IMG/VR virus record: IMGVR_UViG_3300045988_128835
Strand: one strand, 5' to 3'
Origin: a virus
Length of the DNA stretch: 64,000 nt
Shown: positions 29,741 through 40,300 of the stretch, in pieces
How the letters are laid out: each line of letters opens with the position of its first letter
Numbering within the stretch: position 1 is the first letter of the stretch
Notes under the pieces: model-generated
Seen by the model: the letters and a program-made list of their open reading frames with translations, nothing else
The model's database searches: none
Told to the model about the DNA's origin: nothing
Made by a program: the position numbers and the translations under genes

Positions 29741-30376
29741 CTATACTTTCTTTATCCTACAATACAAACCCCACAAAAACTCAGCGGAGAAACTATCCCA
29801 TACATTATTCTTCTGCCAAAGTTCTACTTTGTTAACAAACCAAGACCATATGGGACCCTCATATGAAGAATCAGATGATGATCCCAATCCGATTTTCTCC
29901 ATTTCATTCGCCACATCAGAATAAGGATCTAAAATGACTCCCCTAATCATGTTAACAATATCATCCTTGTCTAACGTAAATTGAAACCGCTCCTTGTTAG
30001 TAGGCGGATCTTGATTCAATTTACCAGTCGCAAGCCATTCTCCATCATGATACAATTCGATAAGTTTCCTTACCTTATTTTTAAGAAAAGAATACTCTTG
30101 TATGACTTCCATAAAATCAGCTTCGTTAGCTTTACCTTCTATGAAGATAACGGTTTTGCTTCCAGGTCTATGATCGTCTAAGCTTGCCGGGATTCCCAAT
30201 ATCGTCCATCCTTTAAACTCAGCTATCTTAAAACGCATGATGTCAAACGCCTTATAGAAATCATCACAATCTACAGATTCTATTACCTTAATATCCTCTT
30301 CCGTAAATTTACCTCGTATTGGAATAATGTGATGACCAGGGCAGCCATCGGTTCCGAAATATGCGATTCTAACCAC
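29741..30376 (-). CDS. hypothetical protein
   Basis: 211 aa. Confidence 0.45.
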   Translation of the reverse strand: MVRIAYFGTDGCPGHHIIPIRGKFTEEDIKVIESVDCDDFYKAFDIMRFKIAEFKGWTILGIPASLDDHRPGSKTVIFIEGKANEADFMEVIQEYSFLKNKVRKLIELYHDGEWLATGKLNQDPPTNKERFQFTLDKDDIVNMIRGVILDPYSDVANEMEKIGLGSSSDSSYEGPIWSWFVNKVELWQKNNVWDSFSAEFLWGLYCRIKKV

Positions 30377-30396
30377 GATATTTACAATATTTTAAT

Positions 30397-30612
30397 TTAT
30401 TTTGCTAAAACATTCATATAACATGGCACATCTACCACATCTCTTCTACGAAGTCCCTTATCAAAATAAGAAACTATATAAGTATTTTTACCTTCGTGAT
30501 CAGGCCTGGGATCAAAACATTCAAAAACGAATCTTGTTATACCTTCCAAATGACCAAGCATGAAAACAAATTCGCCACTGTATCTTTTATTAGCCAATTC
30601 TTCTACAGTCAT
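30397..30612 (-). CDS. hypothetical protein
   Basis: 71 aa. Confidence 0.35.
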   Translation of the reverse strand: MTVEELANKRYSGEFVFMLGHLEGITRFVFECFDPRPDHEGKNTYIVSYFDKGLRRRDVVDVPCYMNVLAK

Positions 30613-30836
30613 AATCTGTCCCCTCCTAATCCTGAATTGATGCTAACGTACTTAACACGGACATCATTTCCACGTCCAAGCTGACCCCATCCGGGCGATG
30701 GCGTTCCCTTAGCCGGAGCAGGGACAGCCCTAAGCCGAGACCAGTCCTGCTTTTGCCTCATGGCTTCGGCCTCTTTGTAATACCGGTTACACAGTTCTTG
30801 ATCTTCGTAACCAACGTAATCTTCCTTATTTTCCAT
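30609..30836 (-). CDS. hypothetical protein
   Basis: 75 aa. Confidence 0.35.
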   Translation of the reverse strand: MENKEDYVGYEDQELCNRYYKEAEAMRQKQDWSRLRAVPAPAKGTPSPGWGQLGRGNDVRVKYVSINSGLGGDRL

Positions 30837-30989
30837 AAAAAATACTTTTTCAACAAAAGTACGACATTCATAAATTAATTAGATTTAAAATAAAACAATA
30901 TGAATTAAAATAAAAACCCGATACGTTAAAATCGCATCGGGCCTGGTATTGGGAAAAATAGGTTCAGATCTTGGGTAAAGATTCGAGCC

Positions 30990-32560
30990 AATTTTTAACA
31001 TATTTAGGTAATTATATACAACTTTACACCACAAATATAGGAAATTGTTTTTTTATATATAAATAATAATTCCTATATTTGTGTCATGAGATTAGTTGAA
31101 CAACATATAATCAAACAAAGTTCTGTTTATTACAATGAACTTTATGATCTATTGCATAAGTGTAAAAACTTATACAATAAAGGGTTATATGTTGTTAGAC
31201 AGTATTATTTTCAATACAAGGATGATAATACTGTAAAGTATAAGTACCTAAACTACTATTCTCTTGAAAAGAAGTTAAGAACAGAAAATGATGTTGACTA
31301 TCGTGCTTTACCAGCACCGGTTGCTCAACAAGTATTGATGATGGTAGATAGAAACTTTAAATCTTTCTTCAATCTCTTTAATAAAAAGAATAGAGGTGAG
31401 TATTCTGAGGAAGTAAGAATGCCAAGGTATCTCAACAAGGGTGGTTTGTTTCCTGCTGTTTTTGCAACAAATGCTTTTTCTCAAAAATGGATAAAACAAG
31501 GCATTGTTAAGTTACCAAAACAGTTTTCCTTTACAACAAGAACTAACAAGCAAAATATTCAACAACTTAGATTCATTCCTAAGAATGGGTATATTGTTCT
31601 TGAAATAGTTTACAATAAGAAGGAAAAGAATCTTATGTCCGATAATGGGAACTATCTTGGCATCGACATAGGATTGGATAATTTAGCATCTTGTGTTTCA
31701 AACACCGGTTCTTGTTTTATCATCAATGGTAGACCACTAAAGTCTATTAACCAATATTATAACAAAAGGTTAGCATTCTTAAAATCTAAGTTAAAAGACA
31801 ATAAACAGATTTCAAAACAAATAAGGTCATTAACCGACAAAAGGAATAACAAGATCAAAGACTATCTGCATAAAGCAAGTAGAATATTGGTTAATCATGT
31901 AGTTTCCAATGGTATTAATACGATCATAATCGGTCATAACAAGTGCTGGAAACAAGAGATCAATATTGGAAAGCGTAATAATCAGAACTTTGTATCTATT
32001 CCTTTTAATTCGTTTATCAGTATGATATCGTATAAAGCTACATTAGAAGGTATTAATGTTAAGATCGTTGAAGAATCTTATACTTCAAAATGTAGCTTTT
32101 TAGATAATGAACGGATTTGCAAACATGAATCTTACAAAGGAAGAAGGATTAAACGAGGATTGTTTAAAACCTCGTTTGGTAAGATCATTAATGCTGATAT
32201 CAATGGTGCTTTTAACATCATTAGAAAATCAGAAAAAGAATCCTTTGATGTAACGATGTTACCAGAAGGTAGAGGGTTTTGGTGTAACCCGGTACGAATT
32301 TCCGTATAAATGTGTATTACTTTACACTTTTGGTGTAAAGTGGTATATAATCACCCATTTAGGGTCTTTGTCTATTCTATCTTTCAGTTCATGCAATGCT
32401 GAGTCCATAACCGTATTCGGTACGCCAATCAACTCTCCTATTAAATACAATGGGGTTTTATTCGATTTAGATTCGTGTGCTATATTCATGTCAAAAAAAA
32501 GTTATGTGAAACAAACCGGCCACGGGTATTCTATTGCCCGCCGACCGGTATAATATTTTT
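30990..32560 (+). mobile_element. IS200/IS605-family (IS1341-type, tnpB-only) insertion element on the opposite strand to the surrounding phage genes; approximate boundaries
   Basis: tnpB ORF flanked by subterminal hairpins: left 31033-31083 (CACAAATATAGGAAATT / AATTCCTATATTTGTG) and right ~32320-32345 (CTTTACAC ttttg GTGTAAAG); strand is opposite to its neighbours. Confidence 0.5.
31086..32309 (+). CDS. tnpB: TnpB-like RNA-guided nuclease (IS605 OrfB family, RuvC-like)
   Basis: RuvC-I GIDIGLDN, TSKC...C Cys motif, RuvC-III DINGAFNII (DxNAAxNI-like); 407 aa is a typical length. Confidence 0.75.
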   Translation: MRLVEQHIIKQSSVYYNELYDLLHKCKNLYNKGLYVVRQYYFQYKDDNTVKYKYLNYYSLEKKLRTENDVDYRALPAPVAQQVLMMVDRNFKSFFNLFNKKNRGEYSEEVRMPRYLNKGGLFPAVFATNAFSQKWIKQGIVKLPKQFSFTTRTNKQNIQQLRFIPKNGYIVLEIVYNKKEKNLMSDNGNYLGIDIGLDNLASCVSNTGSCFIINGRPLKSINQYYNKRLAFLKSKLKDNKQISKQIRSLTDKRNNKIKDYLHKASRILVNHVVSNGINTIIIGHNKCWKQEINIGKRNNQNFVSIPFNSFISMISYKATLEGINVKIVEESYTSKCSFLDNERICKHESYKGRRIKRGLFKTSFGKIINADINGAFNIIRKSEKESFDVTMLPEGRGFWCNPVRISV

Positions 32561-32652
32561 ATTCCTTTTTTTCCAAACGGGAAAAACGGGAATGCGGGAA
32601 TCATATTTTTTACTATGGCTCCCGCACCACCGGAAGGACCTGGATCTGGATC

Positions 32653-32946
32653 TCAGGTCAGATCCTTCCAGTTTATTTTTTCGCCGAGGTAATCTTGCAC
32701 GGCAAGCCATCTTATAAAGGCTACTCCTTCGGGAGCATCCGGATCATCCAAATACATTAACGTAGCTTTCACCAACTCGTTCTCACATTTGAAGACCTTC
32801 GGAAAACCATCCGAATAGTACATTGCAAAGACATATTGGACATCGCCCCATGTCGCTTTATCCGGCTTCTTCGCTCCGCACTTTTCAAAAATATCTTTTA
32901 TTTCCGGCTGCTTCCAGATCCTCTTGGATCCATCGATGTTGACCAT
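32653..32946 (-). CDS. hypothetical protein
   Basis: 97 aa. Confidence 0.4.
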   Translation of the reverse strand: MVNIDGSKRIWKQPEIKDIFEKCGAKKPDKATWGDVQYVFAMYYSDGFPKVFKCENELVKATLMYLDDPDAPEGVAFIRWLAVQDYLGEKINWKDLT

Positions 32947-33039
32947 CTTCTTTACCGCCTCATCAGCGAGAGCATTAGAAAAATGGTAGCCGTAAGTATC
33001 TACATATTTCTGATAAGCTGGATCCTCTGCGTCTGCTCC

Positions 33040-33812
33040 TCAATAAGAACGACCTCTGCCACGTCCGCGACCTCTACGCATCTGAGGTCCGTCACCGTAG
33101 TATCTGTCGTCTCCATAGTAATCGGTCGGGTAGGATTCGTAACCCATCCTCCGGTATTCCCGGTCCTCCATTTCATGACGACGTTCGCGCTCTTCGAGCC
33201 TTCTTTCCCTTTCTTCCAGCTCGTTTTCGCGCTCTTCCATTTCTTTCATCTTCTCATGCATACCGTAATGGTCGTAAATACCACCACCATACCCCATGTA
33301 CGTCCCATCAGAACGCCGGCTTCTGCCTCTGCCTGCGACTTTTCAGCTATAGCTCTCTGAGCAGCTTCATACTGATCAGCCCATGCCCTTGCCGCATCTG
33401 CTGGATTAGAAAAGTCAGGAACCAAAATTCCCTTGCCGCCTGAACTTGTTTTGTATTCTCCTGTTTTACGAATAGAAGGAAGAACCTCAGATGTTACCCA
33501 TTTCTTAAATCTCTTAGCAGACTCTAATTTTGAAGATAATATAAGAGAATATAAACCAGATTCATTAATTATTCTTATACTATCTATATATCTGGTTTTC
33601 AATATAGATCGTTTTACGCCCCATTGATTATCAGATACTTGCAAAAGCATAGAATCATCATCATCTACATGTCTTTTTACCGCATCTTTAGCATTTATAT
33701 ATCCAAGAGATTTAGCCACATCTGACGCCACAAACCAAACATCTCCTTTTGGATCTACAATAATTCTAAGCTCTCCAAAATCCGAACTTTCAAAAACAGA
33801 AACTTTATCCAT
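33040..33812 (-). CDS. Bro-N (KilA-N/BRO family) domain protein; the reading frame is apparently broken near 33297, with an Arg/Glu-rich coiled coil and a GRGRGRGR tail in a second frame
   Basis: N-terminal SDFGELRIIVDPKGDVWFVASDVAKSLGY...INESGLYSLILSSK is classic Bro-N; the 188-aa ORF (33246-33812) ends in a nonsense-like hydrophobic tail and the overlapping 85-aa ORF (33040-33297) continues in another frame. Confidence 0.6.
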
Positions 33813-34451
33813 GATAAAAAAAATAGGCCCAAAAGAGAATGTCAGATCCCACTATGACAAACCCTAATGAGCCAAAAATATCTTTCAACATCAAACAACC
33901 AGAGGTGGGATCTCGTTGTTCATTGTTTCTGAAACAAAGATAGGAACAGGATCTTAAATAGCAAATATTTTAATACTTTTTAAATCAAACCAGGGCCCGC
34001 ATCACTGCGAACCCTGATCTACACTAATCTAAACTAATACCATGAAAAACTTAAATCTAAAAACTAAAGAACACACAAATGTATGAAAATGTATGCTTTT
34101 CACAAAGAATCTGTATCCTGTTCTTTTGTGTGATTCAAGACATGGGATATAGTTCTGATACTTAATCCGGTTTGATTTTGTATCAGATTATAAATATAGG
34201 ATTTTGAAACTACAGTTCTTAATTGACCTAAATCATTCATAATGTTTTTATACATAAGATGAATGCTGTTATTACGTTTGATGGTACTGATTCTCATTTC
34301 CTACCGTTATTAGTTGCGTTCTGTTCTTACTTTTCCCTATTTTCTATAATCCCTTCCTGAAACTAATATCGCAAACTTAATAAAAATAATCCATAAACAA
34401 TGAAAATCTAACTTTTCTTATATGTTATTGATATATACACATATATAAGAA

Positions 34452-34477
34452 AAGTGAGACTTTCACAAGCCTCACTT
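34452..34477 (-). terminator. hairpin (AAGTGAG...CTCACTT) plus U-rich tract downstream of the 751-aa gene
   Basis: 7-bp stem, U-rich flank on the minus strand. Confidence 0.35.
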
Positions 34478-34522
34478 CCCAAATTGTGATTATGAAAAAA
34501 CTATATCATATATATACAAAAA

Positions 34523-36778
34523 TTATTTGCATTCTAATTTATTAAGATCACCTAATTCAGACTTGCTTATGGTCATGTCTTGTGTCAAGCCAGATCTGTT
34601 TTGGTATGGAGCATAATCGGTTTCTACCGTCTTAGCCTTCTGAGTAGAATCGTATTTCACCTCCGATTCGGTTCCTGTTAGATTTTGGTAGATAGAGCCG
34701 GAACTACTTTCGCCGACTTTAGTGAACACTGTGTTCCCTATTCTGATAAAATTATTATACAACCCTTCTACGATAACATTACCATCCTGCTTAGTTATGT
34801 TATGATCCCGAACCTCATTTAAGAGATTAGGATGCTTTGTGAAAAGATCGTGATAGAAATCAGAACCGGCATATAACATATCATAATAATCCAAATAGAA
34901 CAGATCTGTAAAAGAAGGATCGGTACTGCTCATGCTATACTCAAATAGCTGTTCACGATCATTACCTGCCAAAGATAGTTCAATTTGTTTTAACGTATCC
35001 GGATCTGAAACGGTAAGACCCAGCAAATAATCTGGTTTAAAGTCAAGATACTTGTATGCCCCTTCATACACTTCCGTATTATGAAGCTTATTTTCAAGAT
35101 AAGATTGGTATAAATCGAATAAGAGTAAAGGATTCTCTTTGTCCTGCTTTCTGTTTATGTATCGGCTAAACTCCCGTTCTTCATTAACATACGGACTTTC
35201 AGGAATAACAAGATGACCAAACGCCAATCTGGTAGCATTCATCTCTTCCGTATTCTGAGAATCGGTATAAGACAGGACGTATTTTTTAATAGAATCAGCA
35301 AGGGCCTTACTATCTACGTTTTTCACGCGGAGCTTATCTAAAACACCATCTTTAAAACAATATTCAGGATAGATACCAGGTGGGAAATAAGTTAGGCTCT
35401 GCTTGGCAAGCTCGGCAGCCATATCGTACAAATCACCTAAATTATCTCTTTCTACCTTATGATATAGGTTTCCACCAAGATAAAGCAGAGAATGATTTTC
35501 AAATGCCGATACTGGATCTATGTCAGATTCCATATAAACGATATTCATATTATCCATATACTCTGGCAAAAACATAACACGGCGATCCCTGCTATCTCCA
35601 AGAACGTCATCAATAGCAGAAGCTAAAGTAGGAGCATAAGTATCATCGTTGCGCCTTGCTACATAAATATCAAGATCCAACATCAAGCTATCAATTTTAT
35701 TCAGCGATTCTTCTGTTCCGTCATATGCCTTAGACACGCCTACGATATCTATACCAAGACCCACACAAGCCTCTTCTACGTCCCATATCATACTTCTAAG
35801 GTCTTCTTCTGTATCAGCATTAACCCTATTTAGAAAGGCTGATATACGAGCTCGTAATGACTCAGATCCAATAGGGCTGTAATAAGCATAATCTTGCAAC
35901 TTTGATAATGACCGTCTCTTCCCTTCTACGATATTATTATCTTCTAAAGCCACAACCGGAACGATGTTCATATTCGAAAATTCGTTGAACATCGACAAGG
36001 CAAAACTCTTATCCGACTGATATCTTTCAACTAACTCCGGATATGAATCAGATAAAGATCCGAAAGCAGCATCAAACTCTGAAGCAACACTAATACCTCC
36101 TACTGTATTTTTTATAGCCTCATAAACTTCAGCCGGATTGTATGATGCTCTCTTTCCTAATTTATTGAAGACGCCTTTTTTATACACAACAGGACCGTAT
36201 GGTTTTTCTACGGTTGTGAAGTAAAACTCTTTCCCAAGATCGTGTTCGTTATTAGAATAGTCTAATAATAGCCTCATAAAAGAGCTGACCTCATTGAATA
36301 CAGAAGGATTATCTAATATCCTACTTATTTCCGTCTCATTATACAAGCCGGATCTTCTTAGATTTTCTTCATTTAGGATAAGATTGCCATCCACATAAAA
36401 AGAGCTTCTAACTCTATTAATAAGAGATCGTATGCTATATATGGAATTGGATATCATAACATCTCTTACATCCTTAACATCCTGAGCCGTTAAGGGATCG
36501 GAAAAATAAGCCTGACGCTTCATATACGACAGCACATCTTCTAAAAGAGGTTCGCCATTAGGATCGGTATTAAACATCTCCCCTGGAGCCGGGTTATTCC
36601 AATGACCATAATACGACAAAAAATCAGAGGTGTAAGCCTTAGCCCATACTTGAAGAGCTCGCTCGCTGTTTCCTAATAATTTTAAGGCACTTTCGTAAAG
36701 AACGGAAGGCTCACCGTTAGGAGCCTCAACCCGTTCTATTTTATTTTCCTTCTTTTCTATCTGACATTTGACACCCAT
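34523..36778 (-). CDS. virion structural protein (751 aa), function unknown
   Basis: Long ORF in the structural block. Confidence 0.7.
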   Translation of the reverse strand: MGVKCQIEKKENKIERVEAPNGEPSVLYESALKLLGNSERALQVWAKAYTSDFLSYYGHWNNPAPGEMFNTDPNGEPLLEDVLSYMKRQAYFSDPLTAQDVKDVRDVMISNSIYSIRSLINRVRSSFYVDGNLILNEENLRRSGLYNETEISRILDNPSVFNEVSSFMRLLLDYSNNEHDLGKEFYFTTVEKPYGPVVYKKGVFNKLGKRASYNPAEVYEAIKNTVGGISVASEFDAAFGSLSDSYPELVERYQSDKSFALSMFNEFSNMNIVPVVALEDNNIVEGKRRSLSKLQDYAYYSPIGSESLRARISAFLNRVNADTEEDLRSMIWDVEEACVGLGIDIVGVSKAYDGTEESLNKIDSLMLDLDIYVARRNDDTYAPTLASAIDDVLGDSRDRRVMFLPEYMDNMNIVYMESDIDPVSAFENHSLLYLGGNLYHKVERDNLGDLYDMAAELAKQSLTYFPPGIYPEYCFKDGVLDKLRVKNVDSKALADSIKKYVLSYTDSQNTEEMNATRLAFGHLVIPESPYVNEEREFSRYINRKQDKENPLLLFDLYQSYLENKLHNTEVYEGAYKYLDFKPDYLLGLTVSDPDTLKQIELSLAGNDREQLFEYSMSSTDPSFTDLFYLDYYDMLYAGSDFYHDLFTKHPNLLNEVRDHNITKQDGNVIVEGLYNNFIRIGNTVFTKVGESSSGSIYQNLTGTESEVKYDSTQKAKTVETDYAPYQNRSGLTQDMTISKSELGDLNKLECK

Positions 36779-36804
36779 AATAATTAACTTTTTTGCAAAG
36801 TTAA

Positions 36805-37335
36805 TTATAAAACTGATTTATACAATGACGGATCCCAAACTCCCTCTATATAAATCTCCGGAAAACTCAAACTGCCATCACGAAGAGTGGTGACTTCCAA
36901 GCTGGGAATGTTGAAAACAGTACTGGCACTACCAAACTCACCATTCAACTTGATAGCATTTCCGCTGTTATTAGCCTCATAATAAAAATAACAATAATTT
37001 TCATTAAGACTCGGATCATATTCGTACCAATATGTTAGATCTTGTATATGGTCTTCTATATTACCAATTTTGTTTTCACCTAATATAAAAATACCATTAT
37101 TGCTATGATGATAAACCATAGATTCATAACCACCATAATTCCAATTACTATTAAACATTATGTAACTAACATCGGAATCATGATCTTTTAATACAGGTCC
37201 TATATGTATATGAATTTTATTAAACTGACATACATAAGGTCTTTTTCCTCCAAGCCTTTTTATATCTTCATTAGATAACTTATTATAACATCCTCCCACA
37301 AAATTATCCGCAGCATTAAAAAATCTCCTTCTCAT
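36805..37335 (-). CDS. tail-fibre-like protein with MRRRF N-terminus (start taken at the second Met)
   Basis: Shares MRRRF with 19100-19837 and 19842-20459; W/Y/N/G-rich. Confidence 0.5.
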   Translation of the reverse strand: MRRRFFNAADNFVGGCYNKLSNEDIKRLGGKRPYVCQFNKIHIHIGPVLKDHDSDVSYIMFNSNWNYGGYESMVYHHSNNGIFILGENKIGNIEDHIQDLTYWYEYDPSLNENYCYFYYEANNSGNAIKLNGEFGSASTVFNIPSLEVTTLRDGSLSFPEIYIEGVWDPSLYKSVL

Positions 37336-37337
37336 AC

Positions 37338-40300
37338 TCAACACTCCTTATTTAACTCATTTATCGAATCCGAATTATCAGAACCTTCTACAAGATTCTT
37401 ATTCCTATCTATCTCTTCCTGGCTCATGTTACTCATCATATTTTGTATTTTCCTACCAGATTGAGATAAAGAACGGATGAATGCGCTGGAACTTATCTTA
37501 ACTCCAAGATCTGGTTTTGCCCTAAACGCTTCTCCGGTACTGATATTATATAAATCATACACACCTGAGTTCATGTAGAATTTGTATATCCAGTTTCCAC
37601 CAGCTTTTTTGTATCCTAATTTGGTTAGCTGGGTTACGCTCATGCCAAATTTAATGCCATTACGAGCCATTATCTTCTCTGGTATAGGTTCTATCTTAGC
37701 CGAAACAGACGTGTATGCTTCATCACCGCCGTACAAGAAATAAGGGGTTGTTACCCTTGATATGTAAGTAAACGGTTCTTCGAATATACGAGGCTCGTCT
37801 TTTGCAGCCTTAGATTCTTTCCTTGGATTGGATATCCTAATAAAAGGATCGTATGTCAAAAAGGTTAAGCCGTATTCTACTTTATAACCTGACACATCAT
37901 TAAGACCCCTTATAGCCTTAGTTGTATGCGCATGGTTAATGGTGTCTATACCGTACCTGGATTCCATATCGGTCATAATACTATTAACCTCATCTCCCTC
38001 TACATAAACCTCTTCTCCTTCTGGGATAGAGGTTATGCCGGCAGCCCTTCTAAGTAGCCATAAGGTGACTTCAGCAATGTCAGAGAACTTATCTCCGTTC
38101 TTCCTATAGTTATCTACTCTTCCTTCTTCAGATCCAGGTAATTCGACATTTCCTTCAACTTCGACATTTGTTCTGGATTGTCCTTTGCCTTCTCCATCTC
38201 CCTTTTTATCGCCATCTTCCTCAGTGCGTACTGCACCGCCTTCTGCACTTCCTTCTTTTCCATCATTTAAAATATTATCTGATTCTGACTCTATAGACTC
38301 CACAACGGTATCATACCCTGGTATGCCGCTAAGGAAATCCGCTATGTTATTCAAAAACTCTATTTTTTCCTCATTTGTCATATTAAGACTTTCCACAGGA
38401 CTCCATATGGCAGGCAAGTTGTTTGATTTTATTGCAGTAGAAACATCTTCTACAGTTTGATTATCCACCGTAGGCAAAACTTTAGAAACCAAACTATTGA
38501 TGTCATATTCCATTTTTTCTACTTCCTCTTTTGTGCCATATTCCTTTAGGGTGTCCATGCCATTGACTCTAAGGGAATAATTCAAAGCCTTACTCGGAAC
38601 AAAATTAATATATTTCAAAAAGTTTTTCAACTCTGATATAATTTGTTCATCAGACCTTGAACCAACATAATCCACTACTACCTGATCTGTTTGAGAACGA
38701 AGCCAAGAAACATATTCATCTAAGGTCTTACCACCTTTCTTGGAAGGAGTGGATATCTTATCACCTACTGTTCCTTTAGGTTCTAATCCCATTTCCTCCT
38801 TAAGACTTTTAGGATTACCTCTCTCACGAAGAAACCTCAAGTCACCTCCTACAATCTTCCTTGCTATAAAATCAAAAATATTAGCATAAGGCGGCAATCC
38901 TTCTTTTTCTATATGAGATTCTATTTCGTTTAACATAAGAGAGAAGTTTTTCCTGGAGGTACGCTTCTTGCCAGGTAAAGACTGCGCAGCTTGTGCCGCA
39001 GGAGCCGGCTGAGCTAATGGCGCCGGCTGAGTCTCCCAGACAGCCCCTTCCTCTGGCATTTCCTCTTCATAAACATCCACGTCTTCTTTAGAAGTAACGG
39101 TCTTACCCTCATCAGAGAAAGGAAGATCATCCTCTATAAGCGACTTAGGGCTGGAAGATGATTTACCAAACTGAATCCTGATCTTAGGAGCGACAAACAT
39201 CTCACCTTCGAAATCTATTCCAGATTCTACTTCAGACGTCACAATGTCTTTCACGCTCCTACTTCCATCTTCTACCCACTTAACAACATCAGGAACTGTA
39301 GATAATTTTTCTATAGCCTCACGAGCTTTTCTAAGCCCTGAAATAGGATTCAAATACGATACTTGATACGAAGCCGGATCAAGACCTAACTTGGTTAGAT
39401 ACGCATTAAGATCTTGTATATCATCTTGACCCATCTGTAGCAATTCAGAATCACCGGATTCAAGCAGCATATCTATAAAAGACATCCATTTCGGCCCTTC
39501 CTCTGATTCCACAGAACGTAGGCTAACTGGGAAAAGATAATTAAGACCGTTTTTACCTTTGATGACAACTACCGGAACTCTTACATTTTTGTAATTATTC
39601 CCCTTGTCATTTAATATAGAATAAGCAAATGGGAAGCCTGTGTATTTAGATCCGTTCTTAAGCACGACTTTACCATTTAATACATATCCGACATCAGATA
39701 CTTTTTCAGCACCTTTTTCGGTAATAGGGAGATTTTCTACCTGGCCATATCCTTGACCGTTCACCTTCATGTTAAACACCGGTCTTCCGGGAAGGGTCTG
39801 GGCAACAACATGCGTGCCGACGCCGATGGTAGCCGACCGGCCGGCGTCCTTCTTCCACTTGTTAAAAGCCGTTCTTCTTATTTTACTTATATCATCTATG
39901 CCTCCTGTATCAGCTTTTACAACAGAAACGAATCTGTTCCCACTCATGACCTTGATAACCATATTGGATACCAGTTTATTCTCAGCAGATTCTATTCTTT
40001 TTTTATCGCCGGACTGAACAGCGTCATTGTATTCGGCAAAAAGAGACTGATTATAGGTATCATTTACATCTATTTCGAGATTAACCTTATCTCCTTTTTT
40101 CAAAGAAGATAATGCTTCCTGATCTATTTTATCTACCTCATTCTCTCCGAATCCGACACCTGTTCTGTACGGAACCAATTCATCTGAATCAAGACGCTTA
40201 TAAACCAAAGAATAGGAATTACCCACGTCCTGAATAGACACGTCTGTGTAACGGTTAAGAACACGAGCCGATTCTTTGTCTATAGACCATCTCGCATGAT

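Noticed and set aside
38200-38260. EEDGDKKGDGEG in the 2213-aa protein as an RNA polymerase DxDGD motif
   Set aside because: It lies in a charged low-complexity linker (GKEGSAEGG...GDGEGKGQ) and does not fit D-x-D-G-D in register. Not catalytic.
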